Shown here: piece after piece, positions 1-7,058 of the stretch
Layout: every line of letters starts with the position of its first letter
How positions within the stretch are numbered: position 1 is the first letter of the stretch
Source of the DNA: Acaryochloris marina MBIC11017
Lineage (GTDB): Bacteria; Cyanobacteriota; Cyanobacteriia; Thermosynechococcales; Thermosynechococcaceae
Direction of reading: 5' to 3'
Length of the DNA stretch: 32,000 bases
Assembly: GCF_000018105.1 (NCBI RefSeq)
Contig: NC_009925.1
Coordinates: forward strand, 1,470,001 to 1,502,000
Program-made: the position numbers and the translations under genes
Notes under the pieces: generated by a model
Database searches by the model: none
Seen by the model: only the letters and a program-made list of their open reading frames with translations
What the model was told of the DNA's origin: nothing

Positions 1-624
1 TTCTTGGTTCTCTTCTAGCTTGAGACGAAGGTAGCGAATGTAAACTTCGATGATATTGGAGTCTCCCATAAAGTCGTAGCCCCAGACTTGTTCCAGGATG
101 CGATCGCGGGTCAATACCTGGCGAGGATGCATCATCAAATACACCAGCAAATCAAACTCCTTGGCCGTTAGCTCAATCGAGCGTTCACCGCGGAAGATCT
201 CACGGGTGCGCTGGTTAAGGGTCAAGTTGGAGAATTCTAGGACATCGGGATCTTCTTCCTGGGTGCGCCGCAAGTGGGCTCGCACCCTAGCTAACAGCTC
301 TTCGATGCTAAAGGGCTTCACCATATAGTCATCCGCCCCGGCATCTAGCCCTTCGACCCGATCGCTAATTTCATCTTTGGCGGTCAATAAAATAACGGGA
401 ACTTTATCCCCGGTTGCCCGCAGACGTCGACAGACTTCAACGCCAGAGAATCCTGGCAGCATCCAGTCCAGGAGAATTAAATCCGGTTGAGACTCGCGAG
501 CAGCGGTGAGTCCCCCGATGCCATCATTGGCCACGGTCACCTGATACCCCTCATGGGTCAGTTCCATTTCAACAAATTGAGCCAGTTTGGTTTCGTCTTC
601 AACCAGGAGAATATGTGCTGTCAT
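1..624 (-). CDS. OmpR/PhoB-family response regulator (C-terminus runs off the window edge)
   Basis: The minus-strand frame is open from ATG 624-622 to base 1. It is absent from the ORF track because no stop is reached. The translation starts MTAHILLVEDETKLAQFVEMELTHEGYQVTVANDG...DLILLDWMLPGFSG...LLTAKD...MVKPF (receiver domain). It continues with LTAKEFDLLVYLMMHPRQVLTRDRILEQVWGYDF (winged helix). The ATG overlaps the stop of the upstream kinase gene (ATGA at 621-624), suggesting translational coupling. Confidence 0.9.
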   Translation of the reverse strand, partial: MTAHILLVEDETKLAQFVEMELTHEGYQVTVANDGIGGLTAARESQPDLILLDWMLPGFSGVEVCRRLRATGDKVPVILLTAKDEISDRVEGLDAGADDYMVKPFSIEELLARVRAHLRRTQEEDPDVLEFSNLTLNQRTREIFRGERSIELTAKEFDLLVYLMMHPRQVLTRDRILEQVWGYDFMGDSNIIEVYIRYLRLKLEENQE

Positions 625-2135
625 ATTTTTGCTTCAGGAGATATGGGTAACGTCACGGTGAATGTACTGCCTTCACCCTCGGCAGACAGGACACTGACTT
701 GTCCTCCCATGCCTTCGGTAAAGGTCTTGACTAGGGAGAGGCCCAGACCAACGCCACCGGTACAGCGGGCTCGGGCTTCATCTAATCGATAAAAACGTTC
801 AAAAATGCGGGACTGTTGTTTGAGAGGGATACCATCGCCGCGATCGCACACATGAATCAAAGCTGAGTCCTCTCGTTGTTCTAGCTTCACTGTGACAGGT
901 TCCGTCGTTGCAGAATATTTAATCGCATTTTCCACCAAGTTTACCAATACCTGTTGGAGACGCTTCGCATCAGCAAAAACGGGAATTAGAGGAGACTCAA
1001 ACTCCAAATCAATCTGACGCTGATTAAACTTGTCTGCCATATTAACGACTTCTACCGCCACATCGTTCAGAATCAACGTCTCCAGATGATAAGGCATATA
1101 CCCATCATCCGCTCGGGCTAAACACAGTAAATCTTGCAATAACTGAATCGTCAGGTTCGCCTCAGCCGTAGAGATTTCCAAGGCTTCCCGCTGCATTTCA
1201 GTCAGGTTATCGCCCCGCCGTTGAATACTTTGCAAATAGCCTCGGACAATCGTGAGAGGCGTTCGCAGTTCATGGGAGACATTGCCCACAAACTCTCGCT
1301 GTCGCTCCGTAGCATGCTGCTGCTCATGCCAAGCCTCAGATAGGCGCTCCAACATCCGATTGAAAGTCTCTGTCAATTCTTGGATTTCACTGGGCGCATT
1401 ATCAATTTCTACCTTTGTCTTCCCTAAATCATCCGGCGAAATGGCTTTTGTCATTAAGTCCATTTGGCTTAAGGAGCGTAAGGAACGATGCACATACCAA
1501 GTTAAAGCCAAAGTGATCAAGACAACAGCAACTGAACTAGCCAAAGCCAGAGATTGCACACTAGCGATAAACTGGCGTTGATCCTCAGTAATATCTTGAG
1601 CCACAAATAACGTTCCCAAAGACTGGTTCCTCACCATTAAAGGGCTATGGCAGGCGACAAAATCTCGCCCTTGAATGTGATAGACCTTGGGGACAATGCT
1701 GTCTCGGAAAGCCGTTGCCAACGAACCAGGGCCTTCAAATCGTTGCCACGTTGGCCCCGACATATTGGCAGACATCGCCACCAAATTTTCTTGGGAATCG
1801 TTGACCCACAGCAGTAAATTACGTCCAGACCGATTGTTAATCGCTTTTTCAATACTCTTTTGCAGCGGGAACATCTCATCTTGTTGATAAAGCACCACAT
1901 CATCCGCAATGCGATCGCTAATATCAACAATTTTTTGCTTATGACTAGAAATCAAAATCCGCTGCATCTTCCAGCTCGTCCATACAGCGACACTGGTTAA
2001 CCCCACAGCAATCAGTCCTGCAATACTAGCCGTCAGCCGAAACTGGAGTGACTTAGGATTCACAGCTTGGCGCAACTGAGGAGAGACGTTTCGCCATCCC
2101 TTACCCAGGGAAGATTTGATCGGAAGTTCACCCAC
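621..2135 (-). CDS. Sensor histidine kinase with two TM helices flanking a ~130-aa periplasmic domain, then HAMP, HisKA and HATPase
   Basis: 504-aa ORF with a GTG start at 2135. Hydrophobic segments are LTASIAGLIAVGLTSVAVWTSW and FIASVQSLALASSVAVVLITLALTWYV. H-box [15 protein letters not shown]-box LVNLVENAIKYS, G1 DRGDGIP, G2 GGVGLGLSLV. The architecture matches CusS/CopS/NrsS-type envelope sensors. Confidence 0.9.
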   Translation of the reverse strand: MGELPIKSSLGKGWRNVSPQLRQAVNPKSLQFRLTASIAGLIAVGLTSVAVWTSWKMQRILISSHKQKIVDISDRIADDVVLYQQDEMFPLQKSIEKAINNRSGRNLLLWVNDSQENLVAMSANMSGPTWQRFEGPGSLATAFRDSIVPKVYHIQGRDFVACHSPLMVRNQSLGTLFVAQDITEDQRQFIASVQSLALASSVAVVLITLALTWYVHRSLRSLSQMDLMTKAISPDDLGKTKVEIDNAPSEIQELTETFNRMLERLSEAWHEQQHATERQREFVGNVSHELRTPLTIVRGYLQSIQRRGDNLTEMQREALEISTAEANLTIQLLQDLLCLARADDGYMPYHLETLILNDVAVEVVNMADKFNQRQIDLEFESPLIPVFADAKRLQQVLVNLVENAIKYSATTEPVTVKLEQREDSALIHVCDRGDGIPLKQQSRIFERFYRLDEARARCTGGVGLGLSLVKTFTEGMGGQVSVLSAEGEGSTFTVTLPISPEAKI

Positions 2136-2147
2136 GCTAGCCGTCCC

Positions 2148-2759
2148 TCAAAATAACTTAGCGGTATGGGAAACTGAATCAAAGCTGTATCGGTTCTGAT
2201 AATCCGTCAGTCCGTAAAGATTAAACGTCACCGTCGGTTCATCCCCTAATGCCTCTACACAGTGAATGGCTTCAGGCATTAGGCTAATCGTATCGCCAGG
2301 ATTTAAAGTCAACTCACCTACGGACTCAATTTTGTGGGGATAGTCATCAGATGGGGTCCGCTGCCAAAACGTATTTTTCTCTTGGCCACTCACCAGCGCT
2401 ACAACCCCCCACGTTGCATGATTATGAATCTGGGACGTTTGCCCCGGTGCCCAAACCACCGTTTGTACCGTTAGGGGAAAATTCGGTTCATCGTAGAGCA
2501 TGGTGACCGACCAGCCTTTTTCAGGGTCAGGAGGCTGAATCTCAAACTGCAACCAGGCCGAGTCCGTTAACAGTTCTCTAACGAGGGGATGAATGGCCTG
2601 TAAACGCTCCTGATCTTGGTCAGTCGCGGCTAAAATATCTTCAACTTCTGTCAAAAACCGATACAGTCTATAGGTTTGCGCTCTCTTCTGTGGCAAAGAC
2701 TGATGGGACCAAGGTTGCACTTGGCCATCATCCTTTACGAACCAATCTTGGTCTACCAT
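2148..2759 (-). CDS. Cupin-fold protein, cysteine-dioxygenase type I-like (3-His metal site, COG5553-like)
   Basis: 203-aa ORF with an ATG start, ending 12 nt upstream of the kinase gene. It carries cupin motifs SQIHNHATWGVVALVSGQEKNTFW and PEAIHCVEALG (H-x-H plus a distal H). The family assignment comes from motif recognition only. Confidence 0.65.
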   Translation of the reverse strand: MVDQDWFVKDDGQVQPWSHQSLPQKRAQTYRLYRFLTEVEDILAATDQDQERLQAIHPLVRELLTDSAWLQFEIQPPDPEKGWSVTMLYDEPNFPLTVQTVVWAPGQTSQIHNHATWGVVALVSGQEKNTFWQRTPSDDYPHKIESVGELTLNPGDTISLMPEAIHCVEALGDEPTVTFNLYGLTDYQNRYSFDSVSHTAKLF

Positions 2760-2929
2760 CTTGACGTTCTACAAAGTGGACTCAAATCTATTGAACACTG
2801 ACTGGATAGTCAGGGGTAAGGTTCAGGAGACAACTGAAGACGTAGTTCCCCAGCTTTAGCGTAATCGCATAGGATTGAGTTTGTCCTTGATTGAAGTCAC
2901 CATCACTCACTTTAGGTAAAGTCACTGGG

Positions 2930-3199
2930 TTAATCTCTTCCCTCCACAAATAGAAACCCAGGCTTAAAACTGGATTTGCGTTTTTCCAAAGTTTCGCTGC
3001 TCAGTTTCTTACAATCATCTGCCTGTGTTGTTTTGAACCTGAAATTTTCAGATTCTGTCTCCAAAAATTGACAGCCAGTTTGAGTCAATTTAATCACTTC
3101 TACAGGTTGATCTACATCGCTGGTTTGAGTGTTTGAATCACAGCCTTCCACAAGGACAAATGCGAACAAACTTTCATACCGAATGAGTCTAGATTGCAT
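2930..3199 (-). CDS. Small hypothetical lipoprotein-like ORF, possibly the 5' part of a frameshifted cupredoxin-like (EfeO N-terminal-like) gene extending to 2788
   Basis: 89-aa ORF with N-terminus MQSRLIRYESLFAFVLVEGC (hydrophobic segment plus Cys). The +1 frame stays open downstream to a stop at 2788-2790 and encodes ...REEINPVTLPKVSDGDFNQGQTQSYAITLKLGNYVFSCLLNLTPDYPVSVQ. See the finding on 2788-3199. Confidence 0.4.
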   Translation of the reverse strand: MQSRLIRYESLFAFVLVEGCDSNTQTSDVDQPVEVIKLTQTGCQFLETESENFRFKTTQADDCKKLSSETLEKRKSSFKPGFLFVEGRD

Positions 3200-3559
3200 A
3201 GAGTTTCAGCTCATCAAGGGGTCTCAAGCAAAGCCCTATCTCAAGTTTAAAGTTGTACAGATGATATCGCCCTGACCCCTAAATAAATTTTTCCTGAGAA
3301 GTATGTAGAATCAATCCAAACAGGCTTTAGGGTCACTGTTTAAAATCCTTCAATCCTGCCATAAATCACTTTCTTAACCAATCCCAATCTCCTTCTCAGC
3401 AAAATTTCAGATTGGTCAGTCTCAATCAAGAATGTCTGCCTGAACCTTCTGAAAAATTTGCCAAAAGAACTTCCTATTTCAGCCAAATTTCCATTTAATG
3501 CAACAATTAATTAGGCAATTTTAGTTGCACCAAAGATTAATCCGTCATGGAGAGTATCA

Positions 3560-3946
3560 ATGAAAGTTAAATATATGGCAATGGTTGCCACCGTTTCTCT
3601 ACTCAGTGTTGGTGGCCTGGTGATTGGTTGCACTAATCCCTGTGCTGCTCAAGATAAGAACGGAACCGAAACAACTGAAACAGCAGATCCTTGTGCTGCA
3701 AAGTCAGGCGATCCTTGCGCTGCAAAGTCAGGCGATCCTTGCGCTGCAAAAGATGACCCCTGTGCTGCCAAAGGAGATCCTTGCGCCGCTAAAGAAGATC
3801 CCTGTGCTGCCAAGGCAGATCCTTGCGCCGCTAAAGAAGATCCCTGTGCTGCCAAGGCAGATCCTTGCGCCGCTAAAGAAGATCCCTGTGCTGCCAAGGC
3901 AGATCCTTGCGCTGCCAAATCAGAAGACCCCTGTGCAGGATCCTAA
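3560..3946 (+). CDS. Cys-rich heptad-repeat lipoprotein (11x DPCAAK, plus NPCAAQ and DPCAG)
   Basis: 128-aa ORF. GGAGAG lies 6 nt upstream of the ATG. The signal peptide MKVKYMAMVATVSLLSVGGLVIGC has a lipobox-like VIGC. The remainder is a repeat array with 14 Cys in total. This is the only one of three overlapping repeat-region ORFs that has a start context and a signal peptide. Confidence 0.7.
   Translation: MKVKYMAMVATVSLLSVGGLVIGCTNPCAAQDKNGTETTETADPCAAKSGDPCAAKSGDPCAAKDDPCAAKGDPCAAKEDPCAAKADPCAAKEDPCAAKADPCAAKEDPCAAKADPCAAKSEDPCAGS
3686..3940 (+). repeat. In-frame tandem repeat array: 24-bp units x2, 21-bp units, and three perfect 42-bp copies (3776-3817, 3818-3859, 3860-3901)
   Basis: Direct reading: gatccttgcgccgctaaagaagatccctgtgctgccaaggca occurs three times back to back. 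The two 21-bp halves encode the same DPCAAK but use different third-codon positions in five of the six codons. Confidence 0.95.
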
Positions 3947-4137
3947 TCCTTTTCCCCATAGCCTTCGTTAAGGCTGTGCTCAATTACAACTACAGATAAC
4001 GATAGAATGCTGGAGGTAGATACTATGGTGTCTACCTCTGTTCTATCTGCTGTTTTGCGAGAATTTGATCCATCACCATTGCCAACCAGAGATCCAAGCA
4101 AATGCACTGGGACAGATAGTTAGCAAAACCGTTTTCA

Positions 4138-4599
4138 ATGATTAATCAGATGAATCCAACCACTATGTCTTTACGTGTCAAGTTTGCCTGTTTTTGTATG
4201 GCGTTTGCGTTGCTCGTCAGCAGTTTCCTCAGCCCACCTGCCCTTGCAGTAACCCAAATTGAACTTAAGGATCTCACCTATGAAGAATGCTCTGCTGAAG
4301 TTGGCAAGGGTACCGTTACCAGTGGAGGACCAATCATGCGATTGGCCAACTGTTTTATCATTTCGGGGACAACGGTCAACAAATCCGGCAAACCTGTGAT
4401 GGATGCAGACGTATTTGGCCGTATCTTTGATGCAAACAACAATCCAGCCATGGAAAACCGGGGACGGTTGGGAGCCATTGATATCGTTGAGCCTGGAGAA
4501 GGCACTTTTGAGCTAAGGGTGAGTGTCCCCGATGCCCTAGAAACCCCCTTAAAACTTGAGCAGTTCAAGGCAAGCGGTTTTACAGCCAAAGTCCGTTAA
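4138..4599 (+). CDS. Secreted (Sec-signal) hypothetical protein
   Basis: 153-aa ORF. The N-terminus ...MSLRVKFACFCMAFALLVSSFLSPPALA|VTQ resembles a cleavable signal peptide. The true start may be the ATG at 4150 or 4165. A strong terminator follows. I recognise no family. Confidence 0.6.
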   Translation: MINQMNPTTMSLRVKFACFCMAFALLVSSFLSPPALAVTQIELKDLTYEECSAEVGKGTVTSGGPIMRLANCFIISGTTVNKSGKPVMDADVFGRIFDANNNPAMENRGRLGAIDIVEPGEGTFELRVSVPDALETPLKLEQFKASGFTAKVR

Positions 4600-4619
4600 C
4601 GACTATTGATTTAACCCTT

Positions 4620-4662
4620 AAAAAACAACCTGAGTTCAACTTTAGAACTCAGGTTGTTTTTT
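4620..4662 (+). terminator. Rho-independent terminator
   Basis: Perfect 17-18 bp stem aaaaacaacctgagttc / gaactcaggttgttttt with a 7-nt loop and a trailing T-run, 21 nt after the stop of the 4138-4599 ORF. Confidence 0.85.
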
Positions 4663-4675
4663 ATTGCAGAATAAT

Positions 4676-5619
4676 AGACCTCTTGCATATTTGGATTTGC
4701 GATATGGTATTGAGCCTGATGTTCTTTCTCTTCAGTACCATATTACGAAACAGCCCAACAGCTGAGTGCAAAGGACTTTAAGCGACGAACTGGAGTCTAC
4801 AAACAAACCTTTAAACGCATGCTCCACGCATGGCATACCCATCATCTAGGTCGCTCAAATGCAGGGCGTCCTCCAAAGTTGTGTCGCCCTGATCAACTAT
4901 TGGTGGCTCTTCAATATTGGCGGGAATATCGGACTTATTTCCATATTGCTGGAGATTGGGAAGTCTCTGAATCAACTGTCTGCCGTATTGTCCACCAGGT
5001 CGAAACCGCTCTGATGAACTCAGGACTCTTTCGCTTACCTGGTCAGAAATCTCTGCTACAAGGGTTTGAGCGACCGGATGTCGTTGTGATGGATGTGACT
5101 GAAACGCCCATTGAACGTCCCCAGAAAAGACAAAAAGCGTATTATTCAGGGAAAAAAAGAGACATACCCTCAAATGCCAGATTATCGCTGACCGCAACAC
5201 TTTAGAGATTATCTGTCTGAGCTTTGGCCCAGGCCGTCGGCATGATTTTCAGATCTTCAAGGTTTCAGGTATCCATATCCATCCAAATACCGAGAGTCTG
5301 CAAGATAGCGGATATCAAGGGATTGCAGCCTACCACGCCAACAGCTATGTTCCTTTCAAGAAGTCACAACACAGTGAACTGACTTCCCTGCAGCGAGAGT
5401 ATAACCGTGCTCTGAGTCAAGAACGAATGGGCATTGAACACATTAAATCGCAGCCTGAAGATTTTCAGAATTCTGTCGGAGCGCTACCGTAATCGTCGTC
5501 GTCGCTACACGCTGCGGTGTAACTTGATTGCAGCTCTCTATAACCATGAACTATCTTTGGCTGCTTAAGGGATGGAAAACAGCAATACCACATCGTCAAA
5601 TGAATATTGCAAGAGGTCT
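4676..5619 (+). mobile_element. IS5-family (Harbinger-like DDE_Tnp_4 type) insertion sequence, decayed
   Basis: Imperfect ~38-bp terminal inverted repeats: left agacctcttgcatatttgg..., right reverse complement agacctcttgcaatattca..., with the outer 12 bp identical. AAT flanks both ends (4673-4675 and 5620-5622), a possible 3-bp target duplication. The interior encodes a transposase split over three frames. Confidence 0.75.
4720..5567 (+). pseudogene. IS5-family DDE transposase, interrupted reading frame
   Basis: Frame 1 gives ...QLSAKDFKRRTGVYKQTFKRMLHAW...VVVMDVTETPIERPQKRQKAYYSGKK. After the A7 run (5152-5158) the -1 frame continues KKRHTLKCQIIADRNTLEIICLSFGPGRRHDFQIFK...SGYQGI...ERMGIEHI. 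A second shift near 5445 is needed to read NRSLKIFRILSERYRNRRRRYTLRCNLIAALYNHEL. There is no ATG at the head of the first frame. Confidence 0.7.
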
Positions 5620-5653
5620 AATGAGAAGACTGACGAGCCTATAGCCGTTATTT

Positions 5654-5929
5654 CTAAACGGCGATTCCAGTCACAGCCTGCTGTAGGAACTGTAAAAGGA
5701 AAATAGCCAGAATCGGTGAAAAGTCGATGCCACCTAGAGGAGGAATGATGGAACGAAAAATATTGAGATAGGGATCAGTAAGCTGACTCAAAACCGAAAA
5801 GGGTGCACTACTCCAATCAATATTGGGGAACCAGCTTAGCAAAATCCGAATGATTAATAGAGCGAAGTAAATTTGTAAAAATGTTGCAAGACTGCTAGCA
5901 ATTAATGCTGTGATTTCGGTTGCTGCCAT
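5654..5929 (-). CDS. yggT: YggT/Ycf19-family membrane protein
   Basis: 91-aa ORF. The sequences LLIIRILLSWFPNIDWSSAPFSVLSQLTDPYLNIFRSIIPPLGGIDFSPI match the YGGT repeat signature as I recall it. Confidence 0.85.
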   Translation of the reverse strand: MAATEITALIASSLATFLQIYFALLIIRILLSWFPNIDWSSAPFSVLSQLTDPYLNIFRSIIPPLGGIDFSPILAIFLLQFLQQAVTGIAV

Positions 5930-6089
5930 GGTGATGTATATGGGATTAGTCGTACAAGTAGATCAATACTGATATCCATCAGTTTAGCGGATGTTTTGTA
6001 GTCAGGGTATACGGTGAGATTGTGAGATTGCCGTTCAAGAGGATCGGCAATCCACCACCATGGGGATAGCCGACATCATCTAAATTCAC

Positions 6090-6743
6090 CTAAACAGTTT
6101 CAAAAGCGCGATCGCCCGCATCTCCTAACCCAGGAACAATGAACCCTTGTTCATTCAAGCCTTCATCAATCGTCGCAGTATAGATTTGTAAACTCGGGTA
6201 GTTTTCACCCAATTCCTTCAGCGCTGGGGGCGCTGCCACGACTGAGATAATCCGAACCAACTCTGGATTGGCTTGGCGTTGGGTAAGTTCCTGCATGGTG
6301 GTCATAATCGACCCGCCCGTGGCTAGCATCGGTTCTGTGATCAAGATGCGAGTTTGGGGCAGAAACTGATCTGGAAGTTTATTCAAATAACAGTGAGGTT
6401 GCAGGGTTTCTTCATCGCGCGCTAAACCCAAGTGGTAGGTGGCGGCTCTAGGGATGACACTTTGTGCGCCTTCTAGCAAGGTCAGTCCAGCTCTGAGAAT
6501 CGGTACCACTGCAACGGGTAGTTCAGGATTGATCACAGCAGCGGCAGCAGGACCTAAAGGTGTCTCAACTGTTGTTTCTACTAAAGGGAACCATTCCCGC
6601 ATGGCTTCGTAAGTCAGCCATCGACCTAGCTCCGTCATCGCCGTCCGAAACATTACCCCTGGTGTATTCCGATCGCGGGCCACCGCCAACCAATGCTTAA
6701 TTAAAGGATGAGGAGGAACATATACCCGAAGTTGAAGCGCCAT
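6090..6743 (-). CDS. upp: Uracil phosphoribosyltransferase
   Basis: The sequence from the internal Met, MALQLRVYVPPHPLIKHWLAVARDRNTP...EPMLATGGS...GFIVPGLGDAGDR, is typical UPRT at ~217 aa. The 33-codon upstream extension of the ORF-track call (to 6842) is probably not translated. Confidence 0.9.
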   Translation of the reverse strand: MALQLRVYVPPHPLIKHWLAVARDRNTPGVMFRTAMTELGRWLTYEAMREWFPLVETTVETPLGPAAAAVINPELPVAVVPILRAGLTLLEGAQSVIPRAATYHLGLARDEETLQPHCYLNKLPDQFLPQTRILITEPMLATGGSIMTTMQELTQRQANPELVRIISVVAAPPALKELGENYPSLQIYTATIDEGLNEQGFIVPGLGDAGDRAFETV

Positions 6744-7058
6744 ATGGTTACTGAAGCAGGTTAGGAGCAAAGCAGTTCGTTCTTGAACCTGACCTATCAT
6801 ACGCCGTTTAATCCCTTGCCATCGGTGTCGAAACACAGACACCCAAAATTTTATTGAGAATTAATTGCAATTAGTCGACAACTGATCTATATTTATTCAT
6901 GTGTTCTCCTCTCAGAGGATTCGGCAGGTGGGGCCAAGGCGTTAGCGCAGCTTGGTTCCATTTTTTTTGAGGGGTTAGGTCTACAACAGCAGTAAAGGCT
7001 GATTCGTTTCTCTTTCAAGCAGGATAATAAAAGAGAAACGTCCTACTAGCCCTTGCCC

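Noticed and set aside
3776-3901. Perfect 42-bp direct repeats that could be mistaken for a CRISPR array.
   Set aside because: The copies are contiguous with no spacers. They are in-frame coding sequence, and no cas genes or leader are present.
3624-3971. Two further long ORFs across the repeat array: 3624-3971 on the plus strand and 3649-3918 on the minus strand (AAQGS repeats).
   Set aside because: They stay open only because the 21/42-bp repeat lacks stops in several frames. Neither has a ribosome-binding site or signal peptide, and both lie wholly inside the better-supported 3560-3946 frame.
6744-6842. 33-codon N-terminal extension of upp in the ORF track.
   Set aside because: UPRTs are ~210-220 aa, and the conserved sequence begins at the internal Met (6743). 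The extension has no UPRT-like sequence.
6931-6960. tRNA-like string GGGGCCAAGGCGTTAGCGCAGCTTGGTTCC.
   Set aside because: It cannot be folded into D, anticodon and T arms. It is better explained as the terminator hairpin of the 6865-6968 unit.
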